Below are positions 1 to 13,224 of a stretch of 64,000 nucleotides of DNA, piece by piece. Every line of letters begins with the position of its first letter. The stretch's first letter is position 1. A model generated the notes under the pieces. The model saw nothing but the letters and a program-made list of their open reading frames with translations. It made no database searches and was not told where the DNA came from. Made by a program: the position numbers and the translations under genes. Source of the stretch: Eledone cirrhosa (lineage: Eukaryota); the NCBI GenBank assembly GCA_964016885.1, contig OZ024741.1, positions 163,308,001-163,372,000 of the forward strand, read 5' to 3'.

Positions 1-120
1 CCCTGTAAGGATGAAAGGCAAAGTTAACCTCGGCGGGATTTGAACTGAGAATGGAAAGGGCCGTAACTCTATGCGTCAAAGCATAGCGTCCAACCCTCTA
101 CCGATACTGCCAATCCACCA
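1..120 (-). mobile_element. tRNA-derived SINE family A, partial (window edge)
   Basis: Reverse complement of the head and core seen at 22858-23047 (GGATTGGCAGTATCGGTAGA...GTTCAAATCCC...TTTGCCTTTCATCCTTAC). Confidence 0.85.
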
Positions 121-330
121 ATGAATACTATTGTCAGCATTGCACTTCCAGCGATATTTCATTTGTCAATGTTTACTTTGAACTCATGATCAAAATCTAT
201 ATTTTAAAGGTCAAGCTGATCTCCGTCACAACATATATGTAACAAGAGAGAAGAAGGAGGAAGCAAAAGAGGAGATAACCCTTTCACAACATATATGAAG
301 GAGGGAAGAAGGGGAGGAGAAAAAGTTCTT

Positions 331-333
<3 letters not shown>

Positions 334-395
<62 letters not shown>

Positions 396-410
396 GTGTG
401 TGTGTGTGAG
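334..410. repeat. (GA)n/(TG)n microsatellite
   Basis: Direct inspection. Confidence 0.95.
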
Positions 411-474
411 ATAGATAGGCTGTGATGTCAGAATGAAAGTGATGACGCCAGTCTTTAGAAAAAGACTTCCACTA

Positions 475-643
475 TAATTGTTTCTACTTTTGGCACAAGG
501 CCAGCAATTATCTCAGTACATTACTGGTACTTTATTTTATCGACCCCGTAAGGATGAAAGGCAAATTTTACCTCAGTGGGATTTGAACTCAGAACCTAAA
601 GGGCCATAATTCTATGCTGCAAAGCATGGTGTCTGACGCTCTA
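475..643 (-). mobile_element. SINE family A copy
   Basis: TAATTGTTTCTACTTTTGGCACAAGGCCAGC...GGATGAAAGGCAAA...TTTGAACTC matches the family consensus. Confidence 0.85.
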
Positions 644-654
644 ATAATTATTTA

Positions 655-810
655 TACTTTTGGCACAAGGCCAGCCATTATCCCAGTGTATTACTGGTAC
701 TTTATTTTATCGACAACGTAAGAATGAAAGGCAAAGTTAACTACAGCAGGATTTGAACTCACACCATAAAGGGCCGTAACTCTATGTTGCAAAGCATGGC
801 GTCCAACCCT
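655..810 (-). mobile_element. SINE family A copy, tandem to the previous one
   Basis: Same motifs repeated immediately downstream. Confidence 0.85.
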
Positions 811-1616
811 ACGTTGTTTGTTATTTCTTTTTTAGAGAGAAACATAGTGAGAGTGTGTGAAAGATAGATAAATAGTATAAAACGTAATTCAACAATAGGG
901 TGACGTCATAATAACAAATTGACATATTTCAATATTTTTCATTGGGAAAAATTTCCTCTGAAGTTTCCAAGTGTTTTCCATTGTGAATTTTTGCTTAATA
1001 TCGAATATGTCTGAAACTGTCCGTTATTTAACATAACATTATTCACAAACGTTCGCCCTCGAATCATCAGCCTCTAATGCCATACCAATGGAACATTTGG
1101 ATTTTGTGAGAAATATTTAAGAAATAATGCTGAGCTATCTGTGTGTGAGTACAAATCATCCATAAAACAAGCTATTTGGGGGGGGGGGGGTTGTGTGTGT
1201 ATGTATTTTACTGGCAGAATAGCGAGAGGATTTTACGAATATGAATAGTTTATAACGGTATTTCCACACATGTGTAAATGTTTATTGACATATTGAAAAA
1301 TTACTCCTTACTGTTCGCTAGTGCCTCAGATAATAGACATGTATCAACTTTTACTTTCATATAACTTTACTTATCCTTTTATAGCGATAAACATATCGAG
1401 TGAGTTATCAGCACCCAAGAGGCGTTTTCAGTGTCATCATAGCACTATGTACCCATCTCTAACTAACTGACTGATAGATTAAATACTAACTTTGAGATAT
1501 TTCAGTTCTTTGCAGATTTAAGGACACTAACAAAGTGGTAAGCATTTTAGTTTGAATCAAGGCAGTACCGAGACATTTGTAATATGATTAAGTTTTTATT
1601 GCATATATGCAGGTGT

Positions 1617-1780
1617 AGGCGGCGCAATAACAGAATCTCTAGAACGCCGGTAGAATACTTCGTGGTGTTGGTTTCGGCTCGTTGTTCCTTGAATTCAACT
1701 ACCACCGAGGTCAACTTTGTTTTTCACCTTTTTGAGGCCGATAAAAGAAAGTTGACTGTCTACTACTGGGGTCGATTCTT
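1617..1780 (+). mobile_element. Older diverged SINE related to family A
   Basis: GGCGGCG...GAATTCAA...CCGAGGTCAACTTTG...GATAAAA...TACTGGGGTCGAT. Confidence 0.6.
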
Positions 1781-1982
1781 CCACTATATCTCTTTCTCAC
1801 TTTCTTTCTCTCACACTCTCTATCCTTCTCTGAAAGGAATCTGCTGTGTTCAGACCTGAAGAGGCATCGGTTCCGTCGGGTTTAAAAATGCCCTAGAAAC
1901 GCCGTAACACAATACGGCGCTCCTACAATTTACTCAGGTGTTATGGGACCATGTATGTACGTATATGTAGGTGTATATACAT

Positions 1983-2220
1983 GAGGCACGTAGCCTAGTA
2001 GTACATGTGTTTGAGTTATAATCATTATGTCGTCGGTTCGATTCCTGAACTATGTTGTGTGTTGTGTTCTTAACCAAAACACTTCATTTCACATTACTCC
2101 AGTATACTCAACTGGAAGTGAGTACCAACATTACTTCGGGATTTTAACCTGCGATGAACTGGCGTCCTATCCAGGGGGTGAGAATCACTTCACGCCAATG
2201 AAACTAGAACAAGCACCGAA
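1983..2220 (+). mobile_element. Second tRNA-derived SINE family (CORE/V-like body)
   Basis: A-box-like TAGCCTAGTAG, B-box GGTTCGATTCC, then AACCTGCGATGAACTGGCGTCCTATCCAGGGG. Confidence 0.65.
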
Positions 2221-3605
2221 TTTAGACTTTTAGATATACATGAACATGTTATATGTGCACGTCCTTGTTTAATTTACGTGTTGCTGTTTTTGTTTGTGTG
2301 CATGTATGTATGTATGTATGTATGTATGTATGTATGTATGTATGTATGTATGTATGTATGTATATATGTAAGTATGCATCTATGCACGGATGGAAGGATG
2401 GAAGAATGGAAGGAAGGATGGATGGATGGATGGATGTTTATGGGTTTATGTATATAATGTTTATATGTATGTATGCAGATATGTGAGTCTCTATTTCTTA
2501 ATTTCGGTTTTATAACCGGCTATCGTTCAAGTGACAAGTGTGGATAGAACAATATTTCCATCGTCCATTGTGCACTCGTTCATTATTTGAATATTAAGAG
2601 CCTGTTGAAAATATTGACGGGTTCAGATATGGGAGTCATGTTTACCTGTAGCGAACATGATTCTGGAGCTAGAGTTGTTGTTGTTGTTACAACACCAGCT
2701 GTCATACCACCAGTTACATGTTCGAAAAGAACGGAAAAATCTTCCTCCTCAGTTCCTGAAGAGAATCATGTCGAAATACATCCTCCTCATCCTGAGAAAA
2801 CTAGATCACGATCACGAAATTAACATGCAAATGACTGAGCATTACACAGACACGTGAACTCTAAACGTAAATCCGGAGAGGAGTATGTGTGACGCAGATA
2901 TGTATCATGGTAGGCTATTTTAATTATCGGTGCAATCTACCTGCCGAGCCTCTAAACAATTTTTGTCCACCCATTTTTCTCACAATACTCAAATCGATCT
3001 TAATTTGTGGCAAATAGTACGTATAAATAATATAGTCACGTTCAGTATCTAATATATTTTATATATTATTCCTGAAGAAATATGATCTAGAAGTAAACCA
3101 TATCCTACACAATATTCGAGCTTTATCTTTCCAAGCGTGGGCAGGTGAGTTGGTAACGATATAGCAGGTGATTGCAAACAAATAATCTACTTTACATCTT
3201 GAAGTAATATTTCAAATTGATAACACAATTATATGTAAAATATATAATCAGTCACAGATTCATACAAAAGTGCTATAAATATTTCAATACTCTTATAATG
3301 CTTGGCAATGGATTATATAGATATCATTTCTAGGATAATGAATTGCATAAAATATGTATTAGAATGTATTTTAAAATTCTTTCGACAATCATGTCTCGAT
3401 TTAGTTTGATTCGATATCATCAAAACAGAGCCACATTACATGCTCTGAAAGAATACTACGACACTGTGTGTTCTCTACCCACAAAAGTTATACACTATGA
3501 ATTCAACACAATTTATTGCTAGAAATCCTGATTGTGAACGTTGTATACTCCAAGCAGAATTAGTAACTTGTCAAAGGTTAGTGTTCTCTATATGTAGCTT
3601 TAGAC

Positions 3606-3946
3606 CAGAGGCGTGCAACAGGCGGCCCGCGAGCCACAATCGGGCCCTCCAGACCCGTCAGAGTGGCCCGCGATGACCGTTTTTAATGTTTACCTTGTAG
3701 GCTTATTTAGAATTCTTTTCGTAACCAGACATTGATAAATTGTGCAGAAACACCAAATACCACCTCTCACATTAATAAAGCTAAATTATATTTGTTTGTC
3801 TTTATTGTTTAAAAATGTATTCACAATAGATTTATGTCTCAATTCACTGGTTTTCATTAGATGACATATTTTTGACAGTGACTGGCCCTGATAGTGGTTC
3901 CAATGTTCAAAAGTGGCCCGCCAATGGAATATGTTGCATACGCCTG
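3606..3946. mobile_element. hAT-type MITE
   Basis: Imperfect TIRs CAGAGGCGTGCAACA / TGTTGCATACGCCTG; subterminal GGCCC motifs; 8-bp TSD CTTTAGAC / CTTAAGAC. Confidence 0.8.
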
Positions 3947-4104
3947 CTTAAGACAGTAAGTTACATATCTCCTTATAATATATAACCAGCAATTTCTCTG
4001 TCTGTCTGTCTGTCCGACAGTGGAAACACGTCCGCGCGTGCGAATGAGAGAGAGACTACAAGAGGGGGATAGCGGGAGGGAGAGAGGGGGGAATTGAGGA
4101 GTGC

Positions 4105-4211
4105 TACAGAAACATATATACATTTTTGTGTGTGTCTAATATATATATATATATATATACACACAGAGATATATATATACACACAGAAATATATATCCAT
4201 TTCTGTGTGTG

Positions 4212-4258
<47 letters not shown>

Positions 4259-4337
4259 GAAATATATATACATTTCTGTGTGTGTAATATATATATATAT
4301 ATACACACACAGAAATATATATCCATTTCTGTGTGTG

Positions 4338-4375
<38 letters not shown>

Positions 4376-4478
4376 GCACAGAAATATATATATATATTTC
4401 CGTGTGTGTGTATATATATATATATATTACACACACAGAAATGTATATATATATATACACACAGAAATATATATACAT
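4105..4478. repeat. Palindromic minisatellite, unit ACACACAGAAAT(AT)nCATTTCTGTGTGT(A)(TA)n
   Basis: About 6 hairpin-like units separated by TA runs. Confidence 0.9.
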
Positions 4479-4709
4479 CCCTTAGCTACTGTACTGTATC
4501 TGTTGCTATCTCTCTCTCTCTCTCTCCAGCTATCCCTCTCTTTTAGTCTGTCTGTTTCTCTCACTCTCACTCTTTGTAACACACTAACATTCCTCCCCTC
4601 TATCGCTGTGACGAATAGGGAGATGGAGGAGGAGGAGAGAGTCACTTCGTCACTTCACCTCTGCCTTTCTTTCTGTCCCCTCTCACTCCCTCATTACGTA
4701 CAGACATTA

Positions 4710-4903
4710 GGGCGGTGGATTGGCAGAATCTGTAGAGAGTCGGACACCATGCTTCATAGCATGGAGTTACGTCCCTTTACGGTCTGAGTTCAAATACCGC
4801 CGAGGTTAACTTTGCCTTTCATCTTCACGGGGTCGATAAAATAAAGTACCAGTAATGTACTGGTTAATTGTTGGCCTTGTGCCAATAGTAGAAACAATTA
4901 TTA
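4710..4903 (+). mobile_element. SINE family A, full length
   Basis: GGGCGGTGGATTGGCAGAATC...GAGTTCAAAT...GTAGAAACAATTATT. Confidence 0.9.
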
Positions 4904-5019
4904 GAAACATTGCTTCATTTTTACATATCTAAGCATTAGTAAAATAACTAATAATTTCAAAAGTAATTTTTCAATTCCAATTGTTATGAACAGCAAAACA
5001 TTAATAATAATTTTGTTCT

Positions 5020-5275
5020 AAGAAATATGTATACATTTCTGTGTGTGTAATATATATATATATACACACACAGAAATATATATACATTTCTGTGTGTGTA
5101 ATATACATATATACACACAGAAATATATATACATTTCTGTGTGTGTAATATATATATATATACACACACATAAATATATATATATACACACAGAAATATA
5201 TTTACATTTCTGTGTGTGTAATATATATATATATATATACACACACAGAAATATATATACATTTCTGTGTGTGTA

Positions 5276-5308
<33 letters not shown>

Positions 5309-5316
5309 GAAATATA
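5020..5316. repeat. Second block of the same palindromic minisatellite
   Basis: Same unit as 4105-4478. Confidence 0.9.
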
Positions 5317-5857
5317 TGGGCATTTCTCTGTTTGTCTATCTGTCTGTCTGTCCTTCCCTAAAACTCAAATGTAGGTGCTACAGAAATATTACCTTCCCCT
5401 TCCTTTCTCCACTTTGGTACTACCAAGAGATACACTGTCGCTATAGAAACATTACCTTCCCCTCTCCACTGACTTTGGTCACTGAGGCCGAGGGAATCGC
5501 TGGTTGCTACAGAGACACCTTGCACAAGCCAGAAGTAACCAGTTCGACGCGGTTCTGACTTGACACCATGCCAAGGACCATTTGAAGATATATTTCCATC
5601 GTTATATCATAACGTTTATGTATCATAACGTTTATATTTCCGTCACTAATCTCTTTTTCTCCTTTTTCGTTTTAACATATATTTATTTCAAAGATTTCAC
5701 CGTATAGATAACATATATATTTATACATGCATAAAAGACACACGGAGAGACGGTGAAAATGTGGTGCCGAAAACATTTCTCATCCAAATCTCAACAATAT
5801 CAGTATATACACTAGATTTGCTAGCAGAAAACCGCCCACCGGGTGGTTTTCTGCTAG

Positions 5858-6465
5858 TCTATATATCTAAAACAGAGAATGTCTGTCTAACTCCATAAAA
5901 CTCGAGAACCACCCAATCGATTGTTTTCAAACTTTACACATGTAATACTTTTGGTCCTGTGAGTATTTTGAGCAAAAGATATTTCAAATTGTCAGTGCCC
6001 TAGGGACTGCATTAGGCGAAAAACCGCATATTTTAGGCTTTAAAGGCTGTTTTGAGGCATAACAGAACAATAATCCAGGCGATTTCTTCAAAATTTACTT
6101 TACTTATGTCGTTTAAAGTGTTTTTGAGCAAAAAAAAATTTCTCATTTTTTGCCCCAGGGACCGCATTAGGCGAAATCCGATTTTTTGAATCATTTTGAT
6201 TGCGTTAGGGCCTCTTCACTCCAGAAGTACCCAACCGATTTTTTTAAAACTTTGCATATGCATTACTTATGTTTCACAAATGATCTTGACTGAAAATTAA
6301 GTTAAACCCCTGGTAATCTACGACGAATTTTTTTTTATAAGCACAAAATGTAGACATCATCTCCAGGCCGAGGTATTCTGTACTTCGCTGTACTGTTTCA
6401 GAAAGGAGGGATAAACATGCCAATCTATGTTTAGAATCCCGATCAACGCCGGGTCATTCTGCTAG
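5858..6465 (+). mobile_element. Non-autonomous Helitron, copy 1
   Basis: 5' TCTATATATCTAAAACAGAGAATGTCTGTCT; 3' hairpin CCCGATCAACGCCGGG followed by TTCTGCTAG|T. Confidence 0.75.
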
Positions 6466-7237
6466 TCTATATATCTAAAACAGAGAATGTCTGTCTTTCT
6501 GTCTGTCTGTCAGACTCCCTGAAACTCGAGAGCCACCCAACCGATTGTTTTCCCACTTTACTTATGGTCGTGTGAGTATTTTGAGCAAAAGTATTTCACA
6601 TTTTCAATGCCCTAATGACCGCATTAGGCGCCGGTTAGCGATCTCTCTCTCTTTCTTAGTCTGTCTTTTTAGATAGATACATAGCTATAACGTCGCGCCC
6701 TTATAATATCTGTCTGTATGTCTGGCTGTCTGCATTATGTCATTATGAAAACATTGACTTCGCTATGTGTGTGTGTATATATGTATATATAGTGTGCGTA
6801 TATATATATATTGTTCTCATTGTTGACGTATTATCTTCGCTATTTTCCGTTCATTGCCAGGGAACGTCTTCACGAACCAAAGTATCGTCTTCCCGTTTTT
6901 TTCGGTTACAACGTTTTTCGAAATATTTACTTCTCCGTTCACAGATTGATTTTTTTTTTGTTTCAGAAGATCCCGTTAAGGGTGAAAGCAGTGAGTCTTT
7001 GCTTAAACTTTAATCTGTTATTTTAATATATATATATAATTATATATTTGTGTACAGATATTTTTGCATACACAAAAAACAAAATATAAACAAACGTATT
7101 TATTTCACAAAAGCACAAAATGTAGACACCATCTCGGGGCCGATGTATTCCGTACTTCTCTGTACTGTCTCAGAAAGGAGGGATAGACATGCCAATCTAT
7201 GTTTAGAATCCCGAGCAACGCCGGGCCATTCTGCTAG
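6466..7237 (+). mobile_element. Non-autonomous Helitron, copy 2, head-to-tail with copy 1 and carrying a PLE 3' fragment
   Basis: Same 5' start; 3' CCCGAGCAACGCCGGG...CTGCTAG|T. Confidence 0.75.
6810..7030 (+). mobile_element. PLE 3'UTR/pseudo-LTR fragment between TA runs
   Basis: Aligns by eye with 47030-47210, which follows a GIY-YIG ORF; contains CAGAAGA-TCCC-GTTAA-GGGT-GAAA. Confidence 0.7.
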
Positions 7238-7660
7238 TATATGCTATATGTAGTGATATCACTAGAGGCGAAAGTTAAAATATTGTTGATAACAGAGAGA
7301 AACAAAAGTGTGAAAAACTTTACATATTGAGAAATTAGAATCTAAATTACAAAATTGAATCTCTCAGTCTCTATTTTTACCTTCTCTTTCTCTCCCGGTC
7401 TATATCTCTTACTTACATAAACATATTCATAAATGAGAAATACTACGAATTGAATTGCGACATATATTTTTATTGTTTGACCCGAATTACTTGGTCGTTT
7501 CTTTGGCTGTGCGGATGTTTGTTTAACAATCGTCTCAGTGTGTTTGGCCTTTAACGTATGTTGTAGCTCTGGTTCATCTGAATCATCGAGCGCTTGCCAC
7601 ACATCTCGGAAGTTGTTTTTCGTTTATTCCTAAACCGAACTACGATTACGATTCTCGCTA

Positions 7661-7708
<48 letters not shown>

Positions 7709-8122
7709 GAATATTTAAGTCGATGTTTGTAATTATTAAGGAATTGTGAATACGCAGACAAAAGTAGATAGAATTATATACTCATATAAATTTAGCAGGA
7801 AAATGTTAGCCTACGTATACTTGCATACTTAAATAACCATCTTGAATTTGTCTTTAAGTCAACAGCATTATTGCAGGAGAAGTTAATTGGGTGTTGAAAA
7901 TAGTGGATAAGGTCAATGATTAGATAAGTGCTTCTTCATTAACTGACAGGTAAAGATTAGGTTGTTTAGCTAAAAGATTATAAAGAATCATCAGCGGTAA
8001 AGGTGAAACAAGTAGAGGGAGTTCAAAGGGAAATGTCAAAGAATGGCCGATATGAAATATCTTTATGGCTCCTTTATAATTCAATTAAATCTGTGTGCAT
8101 TCTACTATTTTCTATATGTGAA

Positions 8123-8311
8123 GGGCGGTGAATTGACAGTATCGGTAGAGGGTTGGACGCCATGCTTGCCAGCATAGTTACGTCCCTTTACGGTCTGAGT
8201 TCAAATCCCGTCGAGGTTAACTTTGCCTTTCATCCTTACGGGGTCGATAAAATAAAGTACCAGTAATGTACTGGGTAATTGTTGGCCTTGTGCCAAAAGT
8301 AGAAACAATTA
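8123..8311 (+). mobile_element. SINE family A, full length with TSD
   Basis: 15-bp TSD TATTTTCTATATGTG at 8106-8120 and 8310-8324. Confidence 0.92.
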
Positions 8312-9327
8312 TTTTCTATATGTGTTAATTTCAATTGGAATCGTCCATGTTTTAGTTATCAGTACAGTAAATACAACGATTCCCTTCTATATATATATAT
8401 ATGGATTTCTTGAAAGAAAAGAAATTATGCATTAATACCTGAGTATTAGTATGTTCTTAGTAAATTCTTCCTCTATTTGTAATATGAAAAGCACAGATGT
8501 TATAATTGTGTAGTATAAATTAGAATCAGATATATGACATATGATGTCATACAAAGCTGAGGGCACTTTCAATTAAATTATATTTAAAATATAGTGACAA
8601 CATATAAGTGGATTAATTTGGAGGTAATATCTTGCCAATATATACTGCGCTTGTATGTGGCAGGCTACTGATTGGCTACCATTCAAGAAGTAGTTTAGTG
8701 TATGTAATGTTACGAACATCTGCATTTCTGTTTAATCATTATATGAAAACTAAATGTAGCTTATTGAAATATTTATGGCGGCAACATAACTGTGATCAAA
8801 TTTTAATGTCAACCATTAACAATTTACTCTGTGTGACTTCAAGCTTAATATCGGATTTAAATATTATAAACTATTCTTTTTACGTATTAATTATGTAGAC
8901 AAATGTTTCACATAATCCGATAGAGGTACAGACAAGTCATATCCTATGCTGAATCATAACTTATATTCGATCATTATATTTCCTGTGTACAATGGAGTTG
9001 GTAAAGATATTATAGCGCTAGCTCACAGGTGATCTCAATTAGAAGCTGGAGAATTTGCGTTAAATGTATGTATTAGAATATATATTAAAAAGTGCATTCT
9101 ATTAACATTTCACAGTATTGTCGAAATACAACCACTCCACAACTATGCTAAAACATATATATACCGTCAATCTAACACATTTTATAAAATTCTTAATTGA
9201 TACCATTGTATACCCCACGGAGGTTAGTACAGTACTTGGGATCAGAATATATTTCATAATTGAGCAGTGTGGCCTCTACAGCTACAACAGGACAACAATT
9301 CTTCCAACTGATCTTCGCAAGTGAACA

Positions 9328-9528
9328 ATAATTTGCCAGTAATTTGGAAAAAGGGAGAGTCGATTAAATCGACCACAGTGTATTACTGGTGCTTTATTTT
9401 ATCGACCCCCTAACGATGAAATGCAAAATTAACCTCGGCGAGATTTGAAGTCAGACCATAAAGGGCCGTAACTCTATGCTGCAAAGCATGGCGTCCGACC
9501 CTGTACTGATACTGCCAATCCACCACCC
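9328..9528 (-). mobile_element. SINE family A copy
   Basis: Family motifs in reverse complement. Confidence 0.85.
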
Positions 9529-10280
9529 TAATACTTCCTTAATAATCACAAACACCCACTCATGTATTCATTTATATATGTATAGCTCTTGTGCAAATGC
9601 ACAACTCTGCATAGCCACATTGATCTTTTACATTTTATGAAACAAGTGATACAGAACGTAAGGGAAAGGGAAAGTAAAATAGACCTAGGGGGTTTCCTTT
9701 TAGACGTTTGTAATTTAGCTTTAAATTTCTGAATGTAAAACTTTTCAGTCTTTTGTTATTAGAAATATATACACTTTCAGTTATAGTACTATCGATCTAT
9801 TATTCTTATAAATGTAACCTACTGTCGAAAGCCCCACCAAACTAACAGATAACAAATAAGGTAACGCCTATATGAAACAGTGTCGAATCAAGTAAATATG
9901 AATGGAAAGAAAGCAAAGTACATTGATTCCCGCAGGTCGCAAACAAATATTCACGTATAAAAGAAATATATTCACGAATGTATGAAACTGCAATTGGAAA
10001 ATTAAACAAATCAGCAAATCTATTGCTGTTGTATGATCTTTGGTGTGTTTCATTTATATTGAATAGTTTCTCGTTCAGGCGAAAATTGAAATCAATGAAC
10101 ACTTCTTTGAAATCAACATGTCAGAGAGTAGGAAGAAGTTGAGGAGGAGGAGGAGGTAGCGACGACGGATTTTGGAGTTGAGTGAAGATAGTGTTTGTGG
10201 TGGTGGAAACGGTGGTGGTTTGGGCAGTGGTGTTGGTAATTTACTAATGTAAATTATATTCGACGTTTTGAAGCACATAC

Positions 10281-10406
10281 CAGCGACAAAAACTAACTGC
10301 TTCTCGCACAGAACTTCAATAACGAACCTATCTGTCCTGTAGAAGTACCTCATATTTTTCCGTTTCACGTCTCTTCTTATTTTCTGTCGATTTGTAATGA
10401 TAGCAA
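10281..10406 (-). CDS. Possible isolated host exon (126 nt, phase 1-1), product unknown
   Basis: AG acceptor, GTATGT donor, open frame AIITNRQKIRRDVKRKNMRYFYRTDRFVIEVLCEKQLVFVA; no recognisable homology. Confidence 0.2.
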
Positions 10407-10522
10407 CTATACATGCTTAAACACAGACAAACACGCACTCACACACATATGCACACACTTCGACACACACGCACATTTGCACACACACACACATATATAT
10501 ATATATAATTTTAATATGGATG

Positions 10523-10573
10523 AGATTCTACAGGACTAGAACTGTTTCATTCTTGAGAAATCATCAGGAATCT
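10523..10573 (-). ncRNA. Type I hammerhead ribozyme in a PLE pseudo-LTR stub (10507-10715)
   Basis: AGATTC-CTGATGA-TTTCTCAAGAAT-GAAA-CAG(TTCTAGTC)CTG-TA-GAATCT: canonical core with stems I, II and III. Confidence 0.8.
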
Positions 10574-10720
10574 GACTGTCCAAATAAATGTGGTGGTATT
10601 TATATCTTTTCTGGGGGTAGGAGAGGGTGGGGAGTGGGATGGGTGGAGGTCATTGGTTGATAGAAAGGGAATTCATTAAAAGCTAATTCTTTAAAGCTAT
10701 AATTTATATAAAGCTATTTG

Positions 10721-10751
<31 letters not shown>

Positions 10752-11089
10752 ATATGTGTATGTATATATATGTGTATGTATATATATATATATATATATA
10801 TAAGTATTAAATTGTTAAACAATATTCGATGATTATGTCAAAGAATGATTTTTACAGTAGATCGGAAGCATTCAACGGGAAATAATTTTCAGGGGTTATT
10901 AATATAAGTATTAATAAAATAGATGTTCTTTTGATCAATTACATTTTATTATACATATTTCGGATGTACAACAGTACGCCCTCATCAGACAAAATATAAT
11001 GATACATGACATACCCTGAGATGTTAAATGGTTAAGATTTAATCAAGGTAGTGATTATCCGATAGAAAAGCTTATAATTTATTTACCAA

Positions 11090-12759
11090 CCTAGGAATAC
11101 AAGGAAGAACTGAGCCATTCTTACCTAGACAGCCGAAGGATCATAAAAGAAACTTTAAGGAAGAAATGCCAGTTAGACTGATTGCTCCATCGAAATCGGA
11201 TATAGGAGTAATCAGTAAAAACATCATAGATAGGATATTACCCACTCTTAAATTGAGATCTAGTTTGAGCTTATGGAAAGATACAAACGAGGTCATTGAA
11301 TGGTACAAGAACATTGAAGATAAGAAAAACTATAAATTCATCCAGATGGATATTACTAGCTACTATTCTTCTATAACACCTAAACTTCTAAATAAGGCCC
11401 TCTCATATGCTTATAAGCATACTGATCTAACCACAAACGAAATAGATATAATTTTAACAGCTAGAAGAACTCTCATTACATTAAATAACGAACTTTGGAC
11501 ACGCTCAGATAGAGATAGAAACTTTGATATCACTATGGGGCATCTGATTCCGCGCAAATCACAGATCTTCTGGGAATTTTCATATTAAACATGATAAATA
11601 GAAAACTGCCGGTGATTACATTTTATTTACGGTAGTCAAAAACAATAATATAGAATTAAATAGAGTTAAGAAAAGTATAATAGAATTCTTTAAAACGTAC
11701 GACCTTAAATTAGAAGTACAAAATGGTACCAAAATAGATAATTTCCTAGACGTTACCTTTAACTTAAACACTGGCTTCTATTACCCTTTTCATAAGCCTA
11801 ATGAAAACTTAAACTATGTTAGTAACTATTCAAATCACCCTAGATCTGTAAAAAAAAAAGCTATAGTAAATAGTGTGCAAAAACGTATTAATAAAATATC
11901 AGCTAATAAAGATATATTTGATAAAAATGCGGAATATTACAACAACGCTTTAAAAAGAGCAGGATATATGAATAATATAGAATTTGTAGATAATAACAAT
12001 CCAGGTATTATTCCTAATAATAATAATAAAAAGTATAACACATATAAGAGTAACTCTAATAACTATAACTCAAACACACACACGCGAAATAAATCGAGAA
12101 TACGAACTACATCTAAACCAGTCATATGGTTCGCACCCCCAGCTTCGGTCGCAGTTAAAACACCAATTGCAAAACTATTCTTTAAAGCTCTTGAAACCTC
12201 TTTCCCTACTCAACATAAATACCATTCCATTTTTAATAGACATACCATTAAATTCTCAAATTCTACAACCAGTAACATGGCCCAAAACATCGCCAAATTA
12301 AACGCCAAAATCCTAAAACCAAACCAACTTAGTGATCATAATAATAGAGTTAACATTAATGATACTAAACCAAATTGTAATTGTAGAAATAAAAGTAATT
12401 GCCCTTTGCAAAATAATTGTTTAGATAGTAATTTGGTTTATAAATGCACCGTAAAAACTGACCATAAAACATACAATTACATTGGATCAACCTCGTCCAC
12501 ATTCAAACTTCGTTTCGCGAACCATAAATGCTCATTCTCAAACTCTAAGAAGAAATCATCCACATCTTTATCACAGCTTATATGGTCTTTAAAAGAGAAG
12601 AACCTGGAATACTCCATTCTTTGGACAAAACTTCGGAACTGTGGAATTTACCGAAACTCCAGTATATCAAATAACTGCCCGCTCTGTACAATGGAGACCC
12701 TGTTGATTATTAATAATTATGAGACCTTAATTAACAAAAAAAGTGAATTATTCTCTTAA
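11090..12759 (+). pseudogene. PLE reverse transcriptase + GIY-YIG endonuclease, frameshifted
   Basis: PVRLIAPSKSDIG, FIQMDITSYY, FLDVTF, CNCRNKSNCPL, VYKC..YIG..FKLRF, CPLC..E..LINKKSE. Confidence 0.9.
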
Positions 12760-13224
12760 TATTGCTTTATTTTATGGATATCTATGGAAAAAACAACGTT
12801 AGAACGAATGTCAATATTTCTATTAGCACGCATAAACATTGATACATACAACTTTATTTGTTAACTTTGATCAACACCATCATTTATCTATAATTTAGTA
12901 CAATACCTAATCCTTACATATCTATTGAATTTATTTAGCTGTGTATTTTTAATACATTTGTAATCTCTTTTAACTTTTAGTTATAATACCCAATCCCAAA
13001 ATGTTTATGAAACTTATCTATAACTCCAAATGTTTAATGACTTTTTGATCTATCATTTATAGTATAATAGCATATATTTCTTTTATACTACTGCACTATA
13101 ATATTAATATCTAAATTTGAGACAGATTCAAACTTATATATAAATGTGAATTGTTTTCGCTGTACTTTCGATCTCTTATTTATTTATTTATAATATAATA
13201 GTTTTATAATATATAATATATATA

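Noticed and set aside
2587-2857. Short ORFs or a possible minus-strand terminal exon (DEEDVFRH...)
   Set aside because: No recognisable domain, and it cannot be linked to other exons
7342-7630. Possible minus-strand exon
   Set aside because: In-frame stop just after the best acceptor; no homology recognised
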